Source: Phoronis australis (taxonomy: Eukaryota > Animalia > Phoronida). Taken from it: 64,000 bases of DNA. Positions 1 to 13,100 of the stretch are shown here, in pieces (within the stretch, counting starts at the first letter, position 1; each line of letters starts with the position of its first letter). The DNA lies in NCBI GenBank assembly GCA_002633005.1, contig NMRA01000503.1, positions 62,001 to 126,000 of the forward strand, given 5' to 3'. The notes beneath the pieces are model-generated. The model worked only from the letters and a program-made list of their open reading frames with translations. It ran no database searches and was not told where the DNA came from. The translations under genes were made by a program, and so were the position numbers.

Positions 1-1529
1 TTCAACTCTGTGAAATAAATCGAAATTTAATATTTGCACCTAAACTCTGTACTTGGTGTTTCTGTTTAACAATGACCAATCAGCAATTAAATTGGCGGGC
101 TGATACAGTCCTACCCAAACGCTACCTACCACTTCTGTTCAAGGTTTCACTTTGATATCAATTGTTGAGTATTATTCAAAAAGTTTTTTTTAATAAAATC
201 CCAGTTCAGTATGACCACAGAGAAGAAATCTTTACCCGGGTATCAGAAAATTGGAGTCCCGATAGTCATCGCTGCTGTCCAATCGCACGCGGCTGCAGCT
301 TTTTTAGGCTTCCGTATTTCAAATCTTGGTATGATGGTTACAACTGTCGCCAGAATTTTTTATCAAAACTAGACCAGTTACTCTTATGAAAGTGGTTTTG
401 TTGAAATTTCTTACCAGCCAGGATAGGACTTTATTTCTGTTGCCACAGAGAACATAGAGCATTTGCAAGTTTGCGATGCTTCAGTTGACAGTCCTCGTCC
501 AAATTTTGACTCCTTTTATTCAACTTGATCAGTTCCAACTACACTATGTTCAAACTATTAATACAGTACACGTATCATGGCGAGGAAATATAAGATCACT
601 GAGAACGGCTACCGGGCGGTTAAAAAACGGCCAATTTGAAAGAAAGATAAATAAGAATGAAATGTTTTTTTTAAGCCAAAAATAACACCTCTGGACTTTA
701 TTCTGATCACAGCCACCATAGAAAACAAGAAATGATATCTTGCTTTAGTATTTCATGACTCCACGTTTTGAGGACTGCACAATTGAATCAAAACATTCGT
801 CATTCGCCTTTGTCATTTACTACGTAAGCCAACACTTGTGTGTATTATTATCTTACTCATGATATCGAACACAAGTCTGCGCAAAGTGGTTCACTTCCCA
901 AAGTCACCAGGTGGTCGCCCTCACCCACGAGTCGTCCCACCTAGAACCGCCAAACAACACGTCGTGGGCGGGGAATCGACATTTCGTGAGTCCGCTAAAA
1001 ATAGTTCAACAAAGGGACAAATGATTTACGAGAAAGAAAGTCAGAAGAGAAGTTAAGTTACCAAAAACTGACTTCTTGGTCACTTGGCAAGCCTTTAATG
1101 TTGGAAATTGGCATGAAATATGTATATTTTTTTTCTTTACCGCATCTACAGTGGAGAAAATCTGACCAGATCTAGTAGAACTGAGTCAGCCACCAGGTGG
1201 TGACCCCGGCTAGACCGTCAGCCAGTCGTAAATTGCCAAACTCCTAACAAGTGAAAACTGACATTGCGCGAAACACACACAGGAGTAATTCAAGGGAAAC
1301 AGAACAAAAAATTTGCTTTAAACCTGCATTGCTTTTGATGCCGGATATAAAATGGCAGACATTTTTCGAACTAAGACACCAGTCAGTAACATTGAGTGAA
1401 TAACTGGCCAGACAGACATTAGAATAATACACGGTGAAATAAGCATACTTCGGGTAAATGTCATTGTAAGTAGCTAACGATAGATGCTGCTTGTGTTGAA
1501 CTAACAGGGATGAACTTGGCACGCGTGAT

Positions 1530-1673
1530 CATGGGCGGCGCAACACTGAAAAAAGGGTGGGCTAAAGCCCCCTTAGCCCCCCTGTGTTGCACCGCCTATT
1601 GACCATGTGCAGCGTAGCACTGAAAAAAGTGGGGAGCTATAGCCCCCCAGCCCCCTATGGTGCGCTGCCCATG
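1530..1673. mobile_element. Tandem dimer of a ~72-bp short inverted-repeat element
   Basis: Outer TIRs CATGGGCGGCGCA / TGCGCTGCCCATG; two related internal units; flanking direct repeat GTGAT (1525-1529, 1674-1678). Confidence 0.6.
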
Positions 1674-1714
1674 GTGATATGGGGATTTTCTCTTACTGGA
1701 AGGTTGTCACTGTG

Positions 1715-1869
1715 CATAGGCGAATCCAGGGGGTCAAGGGGGTCCGGACTCCCCATTTTCCCTTGATTTTAGTGATATCAAATCTAGAATTTTCAAATTA
1801 TTGACTTGGACCCCCCTTTTCAAAAAATCCTTGATCTGACCCTTTTAAAAAATCCTGGATTCGCCCCTA
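1715..1869. mobile_element. Short MITE of the GGCGGATCCAGG...CCTGGATCCGCC type
   Basis: TIRs GGCGAATCCAGG / CCTGGATTCGCC; flanking CTGTG direct repeat (1710-1714, 1870-1874). Confidence 0.65.
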
Positions 1870-2197
1870 CTGTGATAAAATGCCGTCCAGGATAATTGTC
1901 CACTTCGTTAACCTTTGAAAGTCCAGAGACAAAGTGAGTTCCATAACTCATATTCACAACAGTTATATGAGTTTTTTTTTTGTAACAAAATCAAGAGGCC
2001 TGGGAAACTATTTTGTCTCTGAAGTGAGGGACATCTGGCCTTATCACCATTATTTCCATTTTTGGTCAACATGATGCTTCAAAACACAAGAGTACAATGG
2101 AAGTGTTCTAGCGAGCTTATATGGGCATGAACATGTTGACACTGAGTGCAGAAAAATGTCTCATGGTAAATGTTCATATTGCCAAAACAGTGCTTTT

Positions 2198-2556
2198 CCT
2201 GTGAACTTAGTATCCTGCTTAACCTCAATCGCGCATGCGGGAACTTGGAATACACAGGAAACTTGAAAAGTTCAAATAATCATGTTCACCTTAATAAAAA
2301 GTTGCACTGCACTAAATCAAATTACATGTTAATAAAATTTTAATCAACTTTTTTCAACTACTTACGATCTTGTTCACTAAACAATCACATATTCCTCAGA
2401 TTCTGTGAAACATGTTGTAGTATAAGAGAAAATGGGTTATTGTGGGGCCAATAATTTTTAAAGTTCTTTACAATGAGCAAAAAAAATTCACCTGATTGCT
2501 TAATGAATATGCATAGGCAATCTTGAGATTATAAGCAGGACTCCAAGTTCAGGCAC
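2198..2556. mobile_element. MITE family A, degenerate copy
   Basis: Colinear similarity to 21530-21936 along its whole length; imperfect TIRs (gaacttagtatcctgcttaacctcaa / ttgagattataagcaggactccaagttc). Boundaries are approximate. Confidence 0.7.
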
Positions 2557-3916
2557 AACACTTCCACTTAAAGCATCAAGTGTACAGGATGTGAAGCTTC
2601 AAATTCATAAAACAACTGCATTTCAAGATATATTTATTCATAGCAACTAAAGTGATGTTACATACTAATGGAAATTTGACTATTTAACTGTTACATGATT
2701 ATTCGTACTTGTAATAAATGCTGATATAAAAATAGTTTAAACACACAATACAACATTACAATTATCCTCTTCATTATCCAACTATACAATAAGCAAGAAG
2801 CTGTAGTAAGCCTGAGCCCCAAGGTTACTCCTATTCACATAATTATGGTCAGGGATGCTCGCTGCAGGTTTATAGGGTTTACGCAACTGACGATTTGAAA
2901 TATCCACGATTACTTATTTTACCATTGCCAGTTATTCCTTTTGATGTTACCTGAGAGCCTCATTCCCATTGTCTCTCATGTTGCATAGTAAATAAAGTTA
3001 TCTCTATTAGTTAGTGTTGGTGATTTATGTTATCTGCGCTACAACCAACAAAATGTGAACCAAGCTCAAGGTTTTTAAGGAAACAATGATACTGTTGTGA
3101 GCTTTTCTGACTCAACATGTACCAAAGTGTATTTTTCAGTTTAAAAGGCAAATCCTTATTTCCTGAAAAATTATGGCAAAGCAAGCATTTTACCCTGGGA
3201 CAAAGCAGGCCCATAAGAAGGTTAAAGTCAACTGGGGGCTCGGATATTTTTAACTTCCACAAAACAAGAGGAAAGGAGAATTGAAATTTAAAATCCTCTT
3301 TACAAAAACAACTTCAAATCATTAGCTAATCATATGCTCCAATAACTGCCTTGTTTCCAGCACCTGGTGTATATTCTGGCTAACAACATAACAGGGTATA
3401 CAGTTCCAGGAAAATCTGGCAACTGAGATTAAGTTGGATATGACTGGAAGAGAAAATCTCACGTTAATGTAGATGTTTCAAATCGCAGCTTTTCCTCACC
3501 TAAAATTGGGTCAAGTGAGCCCGTCCATAGAAAACTTAGTAACTGCTCCCAGTACAACCTTCCAAAACTATTTCTTACAACTAAAAAACGACAAGCCCAT
3601 ACAAAAAAGCATCAACTAAGCAGCACCAATTGATCGCGGGAGAAATGTTTGCAATTTTATCAGGTGTAATGAATAGAGCGCCTGTCTTCTAATTAAACTG
3701 TGATCGACATCAGCTATAGAATTACCCCATCACCATAAATGTGATGCAAGTCTAACCCAAGAACCATTACACTCACAATGATGTTTTGCACTCTATCTGA
3801 TAAAACCATAGTCTCCAACTATAATTAGATGAATAAAGAAAGCTTGTTAATCACAACAAATTGTTGTTCTGTTATTACTGAAGACCTAATGCAGTGGCAG
3901 AGCATGGACACGAAAT

Positions 3917-4183
3917 TCAGCCAAACAGTTTCACAAAGCAGGGGTGACAGTACGGCTTGTCGTTTTGTTCCTTAAACGTGCCTTTATTCAGTTGTTTCAA
4001 ACAAAACGCGCAGACGAAGTGTTCCGGGTGAAACTTTTTATACATAGCCGTGATGCAACGGCCGGTGATTGGCTTTTGACAGCCCGCACACAATGACCCT
4101 CGCTTAGCGTGGTAATGGGTCTCACAGAAAGGCAGTCCCTCGTGGTCAAAGAAACTTCCACCGCCAAAGGACACATGGCACTC
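3917..4183 (-). CDS. PXN: Paxillin exon 10 (LIM3-LIM4, stop)
   Basis: Encodes [16 protein letters not shown]...[10 protein letters not shown] followed by the stop. Confidence 0.95.
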   Translation of the reverse strand, partial: ECHVSFGGGSFFDHEGLPFCETHYHAKRGSLCAGCQKPITGRCITAMYKKFHPEHFVCAFCLKQLNKGTFKEQNDKPYCHPCFVKLFG

Positions 4184-7100
4184 CTACAATGAATATCAAA
4201 GTTAACTGCACTGTTAACACTGTCTGACAGTATCAGTACAGCATACCTAGCTGTATTGTAATGATATGTCTTTCATTGCATTTCCAAAGCCACTTAACAC
4301 AACATAAGTGGATTCAGGGGGATGTTAAGGGGATGCTGAAGCTCCAAGCACGAAAAAATGACAAAACATTGAGAGGAAGTTGTTTCAGGGTCTCCTCCAA
4401 TATTTGTCTTTCTGAAATTGTGATCAGCCCCTCTCTACATCCTAGATCCGTCAGTGGTACAAATTAAATGTCATATAAAAACCATGATGTAATTTGAGAG
4501 TGGAAGCTGTACTCAGAGTCTGATGACTTCAAATTGTCTTCCGCATTACAACCGAACCAATTTCAAGAGGTCCTAAGCAAACCTTTGGCCACACTCTTGC
4601 CAACAGAGACCTATCAAAGCAGGGATTTGAACTTGATTTGTTTCATGAGGGTAAGGACTTATCATCTCAAATGTTGCTGGAAAAGTTCATTCGCTTGGAT
4701 TGACATAATGCAGTAAAAGATCTTTGGACACAACCAAAAACAGAGGAGGTTACTAGCTGTTCATTCATAGTATGCAACAGAGTATGTTTCATAAAAAGTG
4801 ATTTAAATACATTTAAGACCGAAATCTTGATAGCTGACTGAAACACTCACACAAGTAAATGAATTTTCTCGATCCCTACCAAAGACTACTTTTAATATCT
4901 CAAATGCTTTTATCTCTCTTTGCATTGTGCATGGCAATAAGTTACAAATCCCTTGAAATGTACTTACTGCACACACAAAGCATTCTGGATGCCATTGTCG
5001 GTTCAGAGCAGAAATGTAGTTGTCCATGATTGGTCGAGAGCAGCCGCCACACTTCGGAGCAAACATTTCAAAATAATCTTCTCTGAAAAACACATGAGTA
5101 ACTGATTCACTACAAGTCAATGAGAGAAAAGAACAAAATTTCTGAATGTCACAATCCTAATGCTGGCTGACTATCGCACACAGATTTTTACATTTTCCTG
5201 TACAATAACACATTCTGGTAGAAGCATCAGAATTACCATGGCTAAAAGTCAATGGCCTAAATCACTCATGTCCAGACTGCAAAACGTGATGGCTGTACCC
5301 AGAGCTCCAGGGTTTGGTCTAACCTGAAGGCTTTTCAAAAAAACACAAAGTGTGAAACCCTAAAATTGTGCTGCCATACCTACCTAGGAACTTTATTCTT
5401 ACATTCACCAATGTTTTATAAGTAGTCACAATTAATCCAAAATCTGTTAAATCTAAGAATTACCCCCCAGCAATGTCCTCCATATCTCATGGCTGTGATT
5501 AAAAAACCAATTGCCCTTAATAAACATGAACGAAAACCGATGCATGTGCATCCCAGAAGAGAGAATTATGGGACATTCCTTGACCCTTCCTCGCCACCTA
5601 GTGATTCGACAATGTAGTGTGTATGGTCACCAGGGGTGAGGGGTCTCTTTCCCACAACCTTGGGCACCCTATGCATTCTTCTGTCCCTAAAAAGGGACAT
5701 TGCATACGGATGTGGGTGCAAATGAGACCCCTTACAGATTCACTGTAAATTTAGGTCAAGCAGAGCCGGAAAGTGAGAATGTGAGAGTGAAGTTTTTCCT
5801 CACTTGTGTTGTTAATTTCTATTATTTTGTTGAAACAAATAATTAAAAATGTTAGGAATTGCCAAGCAACAAGTACCTGCAATAAGCCTTGCCATCCTTC
5901 TCATGAAAGCCGTCGTCTTGAAAGGGTCGGCCGCACTGCGCACAGAAGAAATGTTCTGGATGCCAGGTACGATCAAGAGCCGTTATACATTTCTGAAAAA
6001 TAAAACAGTAGCTTAAAATACTCATCAACACTACAGTTGTCTATCTTGACTTGCATGGAAAAGTAAAAGACATGGGGAACAATAACAGAAACATGGACAA
6101 CATTACGAAACAAAATATAGACATCTAAAAGTGAATTTTTTAAAAAATCATCAGATGTGCATTTAGCATTAAGTATGTACGATAACAGTACAAAACCCGA
6201 GTAAACTTACATCAAGTATTGGTCCATTACAGTATGCACATCTGGGCGAAAACAAGCCGTGGTAGTCCTTTTCACAATATGGCTGCCCATCGCGCTCGAA
6301 GAAGTTACGAGTTCCAAGCTCTTCACCACAGTGGTAGCAGGCAAAGTGTTCTGGATGCCAAGTATGGCCTAAAGCAGTTATAACCTGTAAAACAAAATTT
6401 GTAGATGGTCCAGTTAACATATCTTCGATCCAAAAAATTTGATAAAAGCTGTCCCAACTTCCTTCGTACTCGGACAAAAACTGATTTTTGTGTTTGAGAA
6501 GAAGTGAGACTTTATAATAACTTGGGACTGGGCTCATCAAGTTGCCTTCACTCGGATAATCATTTTTGTACCCAATATGGCATGAACCAATATTAAACGA
6601 GTTCAGTTCTTCTTATGCCACAGAAACTATTTTTAATCAGAGTAAGAAACAAGCTGAAATCAATTTTACCGTTGTAAATGGTCTAAATTAAAAGTTAATC
6701 TTTTGGCAGGAGGTGAGGTCATACCTGTTTTAATACTTGCAGAAAAATCATTGCATAATATTCAAAAGGGGTTTGGTGGACAGCATTAGGTCGTAATGAC
6801 CAGTGACAACAAAAGTTTGTTGTAATACACAGTTTTTGTCCCCTCACTATATCCAAAAAGACGGAGCACAGATTACCTTGGAACTAAGCAGTGAGTTATC
6901 ACACCAGTGCTCATTTATTCAGTTTAGCAAAATCATGAGTATGCGAGAGTGCAAGTGTACACAACAGCTTCCCAGTTTTTGAGGATAACTAACTCATCAA
7001 GAAGCGATTTCATAATTACATCAACTTGGTGTATAATCATCCGAAGACCTCGAATGGTCTCAGACTGACTCCCATGTTGTAACTCCTTACCTTCCAGTAA

Positions 7101-10100
7101 ATACAAACAGACACATACTGCACACGTCACTTTTCCAAGATCTCCAGTCTTACAAAATAACGATGCTCGACCACATCTCTTCTCACCACCCTTACCTGTC
7201 CCACAATAGGCTTGTTACAGGCTGCACAGTGACCTTTAGGTATTGTCGTCACCCCGTGTCGACTCATGTCAGTTTGCAAGTTACCCAACATGGCGTCCAG
7301 CTGATCGCCGCGAGCTGGCTGAGACTGCGGTGGCAAGCTTTGTTGAACAGGAGGGTTGTGAGGTGAGCCAGCATTGTTGTAATCGCCAGCGCCACGACTC
7401 TGTGTATTACCCGTGACCTAAAAAGAACAGATGGTGGAAAACATCAACGTGAATTGCTAATTCAAAAGACGTGGTAACAATAACTATCCAATTGAATATT
7501 GGGTTCACTTTTTCCCCACAATGCCTTTTTATAGATTTGAAATTGCTGTAAAGTCTTAAAAAGTTTCAAGTTGTTCCAAGTGTTGACAAATTTAGTTTGG
7601 TGAGGCAAATAGAAAACAAAATTGAGGTGTGATGCATTCAAAGAATCAGTTACTATGCTTTTTAAGTTGTTGGACCTGAGTTTGGTGAATAAAGTGGCTA
7701 AAATTTAAGTTAAACCAGGCCTTCATGCAGCGTACGTCCTGGGCGTCCAAATGGACGCCCTAGCACTAATGTGGACACTCTGGCAAGGACGCCCAATGTA
7801 TCATTTGGACGCCCTGTTAATCAGAATTTCTCCAGTTTGGACACCCACATTGTAAGATTACTAAGACTCCCAGTTTATCAAAGAGAGAAGTTGGCCCTTT
7901 CAACTCAGAAAGAAATATACAATGTATTTCAAATGTTGCAATGTTCAAACTATTTTCAAAGTATTTGGTAGACCTGTCAATCATTAGCACCTGTTTGGTT
8001 GCCAGAGTGTCTGCTTTCAGTATACTCATGTGCCACCGCAATTCTGTACTTTATATAGGGACACGGACCTTGCTCAACTCCAAACTGGTGTTTCAGAGCT
8101 GTAGTTTAATCTACTTCATCTTTTTTTGAAAACACCAAAAGCGAAATAAATGTCATTATTTTAATAATATGATGTGCCACAAGAATATCCCCATTTAAAA
8201 TGTTTGAGTTTTCGCCCGTTTCATGCTTTTGTATGTGCGTCTAAAATGGAGCAGCAGTGACACCTGTTGCCAAAATATAAACCACACATCATCTGTGCAT
8301 TTTTCTTTTGTTGGTAACTGCAGCTTTGATGACTCATTGTACAGAATATAGAGCTAGTGAAGTTGATATAATAAACTTTATAACAGAATTTGACTTGAGA
8401 TGACCAAAAACTGTGCACTCATCGTTCAACCAATATCTGTAATATCTGTAATACCTGTTTGGTAAGCTTTTTGGCTGTTTTCGTAAACTTAAACATAAAA
8501 GTCTTTATCAACGGTTTTTTAGTACTTAAAAAGCCCAATACAAGGGAGCTGTTTTTGTAAACTTAGGTGTAAAAGCCTTGTTCAACGCATTTTTTAATTA
8601 AAAAAAAAACTCACTGTAGGGGGGTTACTGGTGAATGGTGGTGGGGAGGGGGGGTAATGCGTCGTTGGAATCATGGACGCCCTGGAATATTGGGAACCCA
8701 TTTTGGACACCCTATGTTCGAAATCCTGGATGAAGCCCTGAGTTAAACCAATGTTTTATGTGTTATGCATTGAAATGAATCATGATCTTTGTTCCAGGTA
8801 CAAAAAATACCCACAGCATTCTCTAACAAATTCTGCAGATTAGATTTTTGAAGGTTCCCCATTAAACCTTTTGCAATTATTGTTAGAGAATGCAACGACA
8901 AGCTACTTCGGGATTTTTTGTACCCAGGTTTAAGATCAAAATTCGTTTTAATGTATCAAACACAAAAAATGGGTTCACTCAAATTTTAGCCGTCTTACTC
9001 GAAAAACTTGAGCCAGCAAATTTAAAAGAGAATGTGAACGGAGTAGGGTTTGTAATCATAAATAGTTCATTATGCATTGGTTTTCATGCTGTGTATGAAT
9101 TATTTTCGTTTTGTGTTTATAATATGGGCTTAATTACTAAAATGAAGAAAAAAGAATGAGTAGACCAATTTCTTGGAAATCACATCAGCTGAAGTAACCC
9201 TAACTATATTCTTAAAGACACTATCAACCATGTTCTGGAGTCAAAAACTTTTTTCACAGTCGGGCATATTGGCCCTCCCAAAGCAATGTCAGGGTGTTCT
9301 TATCCTTTGCCTGAACTGAGATTGGTTGCAATAAAATGTCGGGAACTCCTCTGACAGTCACACTGCCTCGAAAGCTGTGCCAAAATTCATGACAATGGTT
9401 TAAAGTGACAACAAACTGTCTAAATAACATCTAAAGCCTGCAAATCCTTTCTGTTAAATCTATTAAGAGCCCTATCGTGCTAAATCAAAAAGGTGTTCCA
9501 CCCCAAAGCATAAAACAAAACAAGTTTTCAAAGATGGCATTGGGGGTATGGGGTTTCAAAGGTTAACACGAGAAAACTTACCTTGAATTGTGAAAGAGAA
9601 GCCATCAGGTCATCCAGTTCTTTTGTGGCTGACGAGGCCACAGGAGCAGGTTGGACCCCGAAAGAGTGAAAGTTGGACTGCATTGACCGCTGTGGGACGT
9701 TGGTCCTGAATAATAAATATTCCCTATAGCAATCATTTGTTCCAGACTAACGTCACTTCTTCTCCCCAAACTACCTGACCACCCCTAACAAATTAACAAC
9801 GTCTTAAACGCTGCACTGGACAATCTCTCTCCCCAAGCAACCACATAGACACTCTCATTAGTAACGTTCATCAATCTTCACCTCTGCATTTCCTCATGCA
9901 CCACAATACAAACGCAGATCCTTCCTCACAAAACTAGTTTTCACTCCGTGATAGGATGCGTAAGTGAGTACAGGCTGGGTACAATTGCAGTTCGTGAGGA
10001 AAGAGCGTGCCAGGAAACAAATGCTCACTATACACGAAAAATGCAATAGAGTGAGTGAGAAAAGAGTTTACTTGCGAGAAAAGAATATTGCAGTGAAAAT

Positions 10101-13100
10101 GCCCGTGCAGTCTAAGTGGAGAAATACTGGCTACACGCCTTGTTAAAGCAATATCTCATTCCCTCGGTGAACATGTAAGCTTTGTTTACATGTGACTAAA
10201 TGTCTTTTGGCTTTCAGAAATAAGTAGAAGCATAGATTATAGACAACAGATTCGCAACTCAACAACATTTTCTTGTGTACTATCCTAGAAGAGGCACCAC
10301 TTTCCTAAATTATCTGTTTCAGTTTCCGATTAGTGTATTGTGACGGGAAATTCTCGTATCTATTCTACTGTTCAGTACAACGAAAAAAAAAAAATATTTT
10401 GGCATTGAAACGCTTTTCGAAGTCTTCCAATAGTAGAACTGTTGGTACCGTGAGTACTTTTAGCAATGCTACGACCACCTGATCACACAACAGCTGACCA
10501 TGATTAGCAGACAACGTACTTGCCAGAAATAACACCAGATAACTTAGCCAGGTGTCGCTAGTGAATAATGACATAACGACTTGCGCGTAAGACCACAGAC
10601 TTCGTCCATTGAAAGTATACGGAGTTGGCGGTCCATGTACTATAGTCTATGGTAGAGCCATCTGAATATTTTACCAGCACCCCAAAACATTGCTCTTGGT
10701 GTTCTAACAAGAATTATCAGTCTCCAAACAAAGTATCTGAGCCAAGACAAAAAAAACGAACCAAATGCCACGCTTTGAGTAATTTTCCAATTTCATGTGA
10801 TATGATTGGGCGGATTTCCAGTAGTCTCATGTAAAGACTGGTACCGGTGCCTGTTTGTAAACAAAGGCATGGCTTGAGAAGTGCAGTGACAGTCTAACTG
10901 AAGTTTATTACTGCAACTGATAACAAATTGAGCTCTACACAATCATACATATATCTATATGCTCAATAATGGGACAAAGTGCACAGACCTTCCTGAAGAT
11001 GGCACTGCATTCTGGAGATCATCCAACAAAGCGTCAACGGGCTGCCCACCACTCGTGTCTCTAGTTGGTTTAGGCATTGTTGCTGGTTTCACCTTCACTG
11101 GAGGACTAGGGAGCTGACGATTGGCTGAAAACAATTATGTTGTAAACATATAAGTCATTGTGTTTTCAAAGTGTCTTTTTGGGAAATGTTTAAAAAAGAC
11201 AGAGATAAAAATGAAATTCTGAAACCAAATGAGATAATGCATTCTGCATATCCACAAGATGTCAGTGGAATTAAGAAATGGTTCCATGGCCCTCTCTCTT
11301 CAATTCCAGATACGATTTTCAAAAATCCCAATACCATACCAGCAGACACCAAACCTGTCAACTCCAATCCAGAATATCTGGACCAGAGACTGGATATCAG
11401 TCACCATGTACACCGTATGAAGTATTTTCGGTGTGTGTGTAGAGTTTAAGGACATGGTTGTGGGTTTTTGTAGTGCGTAACTGCAATTTAGAGGTAGAGC
11501 CAAGGAGAATGAGAGAATGACTGGGTGATTTTTATTCAAAGAAAATGTCATTTTGTCCAATTTTGCAACCAGCACTGAAGTAAATAATACGAGGTAGAAT
11601 TCAATAGAATATAAAATGGTCTTGTTGGATGTTATGTTGAATCACACTTATGAACCAGAATATCACATAACACTGTACGTTGCCATGGTTACATGAATAG
11701 ACATAGTACTTTTTAAATGCCAAACCATTAGACAAGTTCTACAGTTACTGAGCCTACAGCAAAAATGACAATGTTCAGTAGTACCACTGATGTGAAAAAA
11801 TGATAAATTAAAAACGTCATGACTTTTTCTAAAATAAATTCTTGTTCAAAAATTTTTACATCATGACAACGTCTATTATTTAACATACAGCAATATACTT
11901 AACGGATTTGTGAGAATCGATGGGCCTGTCCAGCTACTAAACTTACTTCACATAATTATCGTTAAACAAGCAGAAATGAGTACTCTTACCAGAATTCCTT
12001 TTATCGACTTCGGCCATAAACTGGGCCGAGTTGAGGTCAGCCAGTAGCGAGTCCAGCTCAGAAAGGTTATTACTTAATGTTGACATGGCTGGTCTGTTAG
12101 GTTTATTGTCCACCGCAATACCTTGTTGTGATATGGCTGGTCCAGCCGAATGAACGGCTGTGTGGCTACTTTCACCTGGAACTGGCTGTAGACAAATTGA
12201 AATGCGTCAGCAAGGGTACAATAGTCATATGAATTGGCTTATATAGATTGAGAATCGATGCGTGTCTATCCCAGTCTTCCCAGAGCATAGACTTGTAGGA
12301 CACGTGTGCATCCCAGAGCATAGACTTCTAGGATTTGCGTTCATCCCAGAGCATAGACTTGTAGGACAAGTGTGCATGCCAGAGCATAGACTTGTAGGAT
12401 TCGCGTTCATCCCAGAGCATAGACTAGTAGGGAACGAGTCTTCTAGTCCAACATCCAGATAGCGCCATGTAGACAATTGTCTGCTCGGTAAGGTTATGTA
12501 GGACCCTCGAAAAATGTCCAAATTCAAATTCATATGAAACTTTGAAATACAATGCTTTGTGCATTGCTCTCCAAAACAGTGTTAGAGATTGCGTTTGAAC
12601 TGTTCAGCTTTTGCATGATGGGCTAGCAAAAAATAGAACTTTCTTTTTTGCTTAACTTTACATAAGGACACCAGCACCTGACCCAGTTTATACCAGACTG
12701 GCATAACATCAAAAATCCAATTCTACAGGCTTTCTACTTTCAAAAAATATTTACTTTTCCTGAGCAAAAATCTAGTTTTATAAATATTTGGGTTAATGCA
12801 CTGACTAGTGGATAAGACCCTACATAACTGTAAGCTGGCAGTTGATTTTGGATAGATGCCACCTGCTTATATCTATGATAAACTGCACTTCAGGCTGTTT
12901 GAAATACTACTGAACTGAAGATGGGATATCTACATCTGTTTGCAGTGCTGCTCGCGATGACCGCTATCCCACCATCCCCAGTCCATATGACATCACTTGT
13001 TACCCATAAAAATATCAACCGCAAGACAAGGAACACTTCTACAAACTTGCACCTTATACCCGAAAATAATGAAATAGGCTAATTAAATATAATCAACAGG

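Noticed and set aside
12278-12433. Repeat-spacer pattern resembling a CRISPR array
   Set aside because: The spacers are only 10 bp and recur in alternation, the context is a eukaryotic intron, and there are no cas genes. It is a minisatellite.
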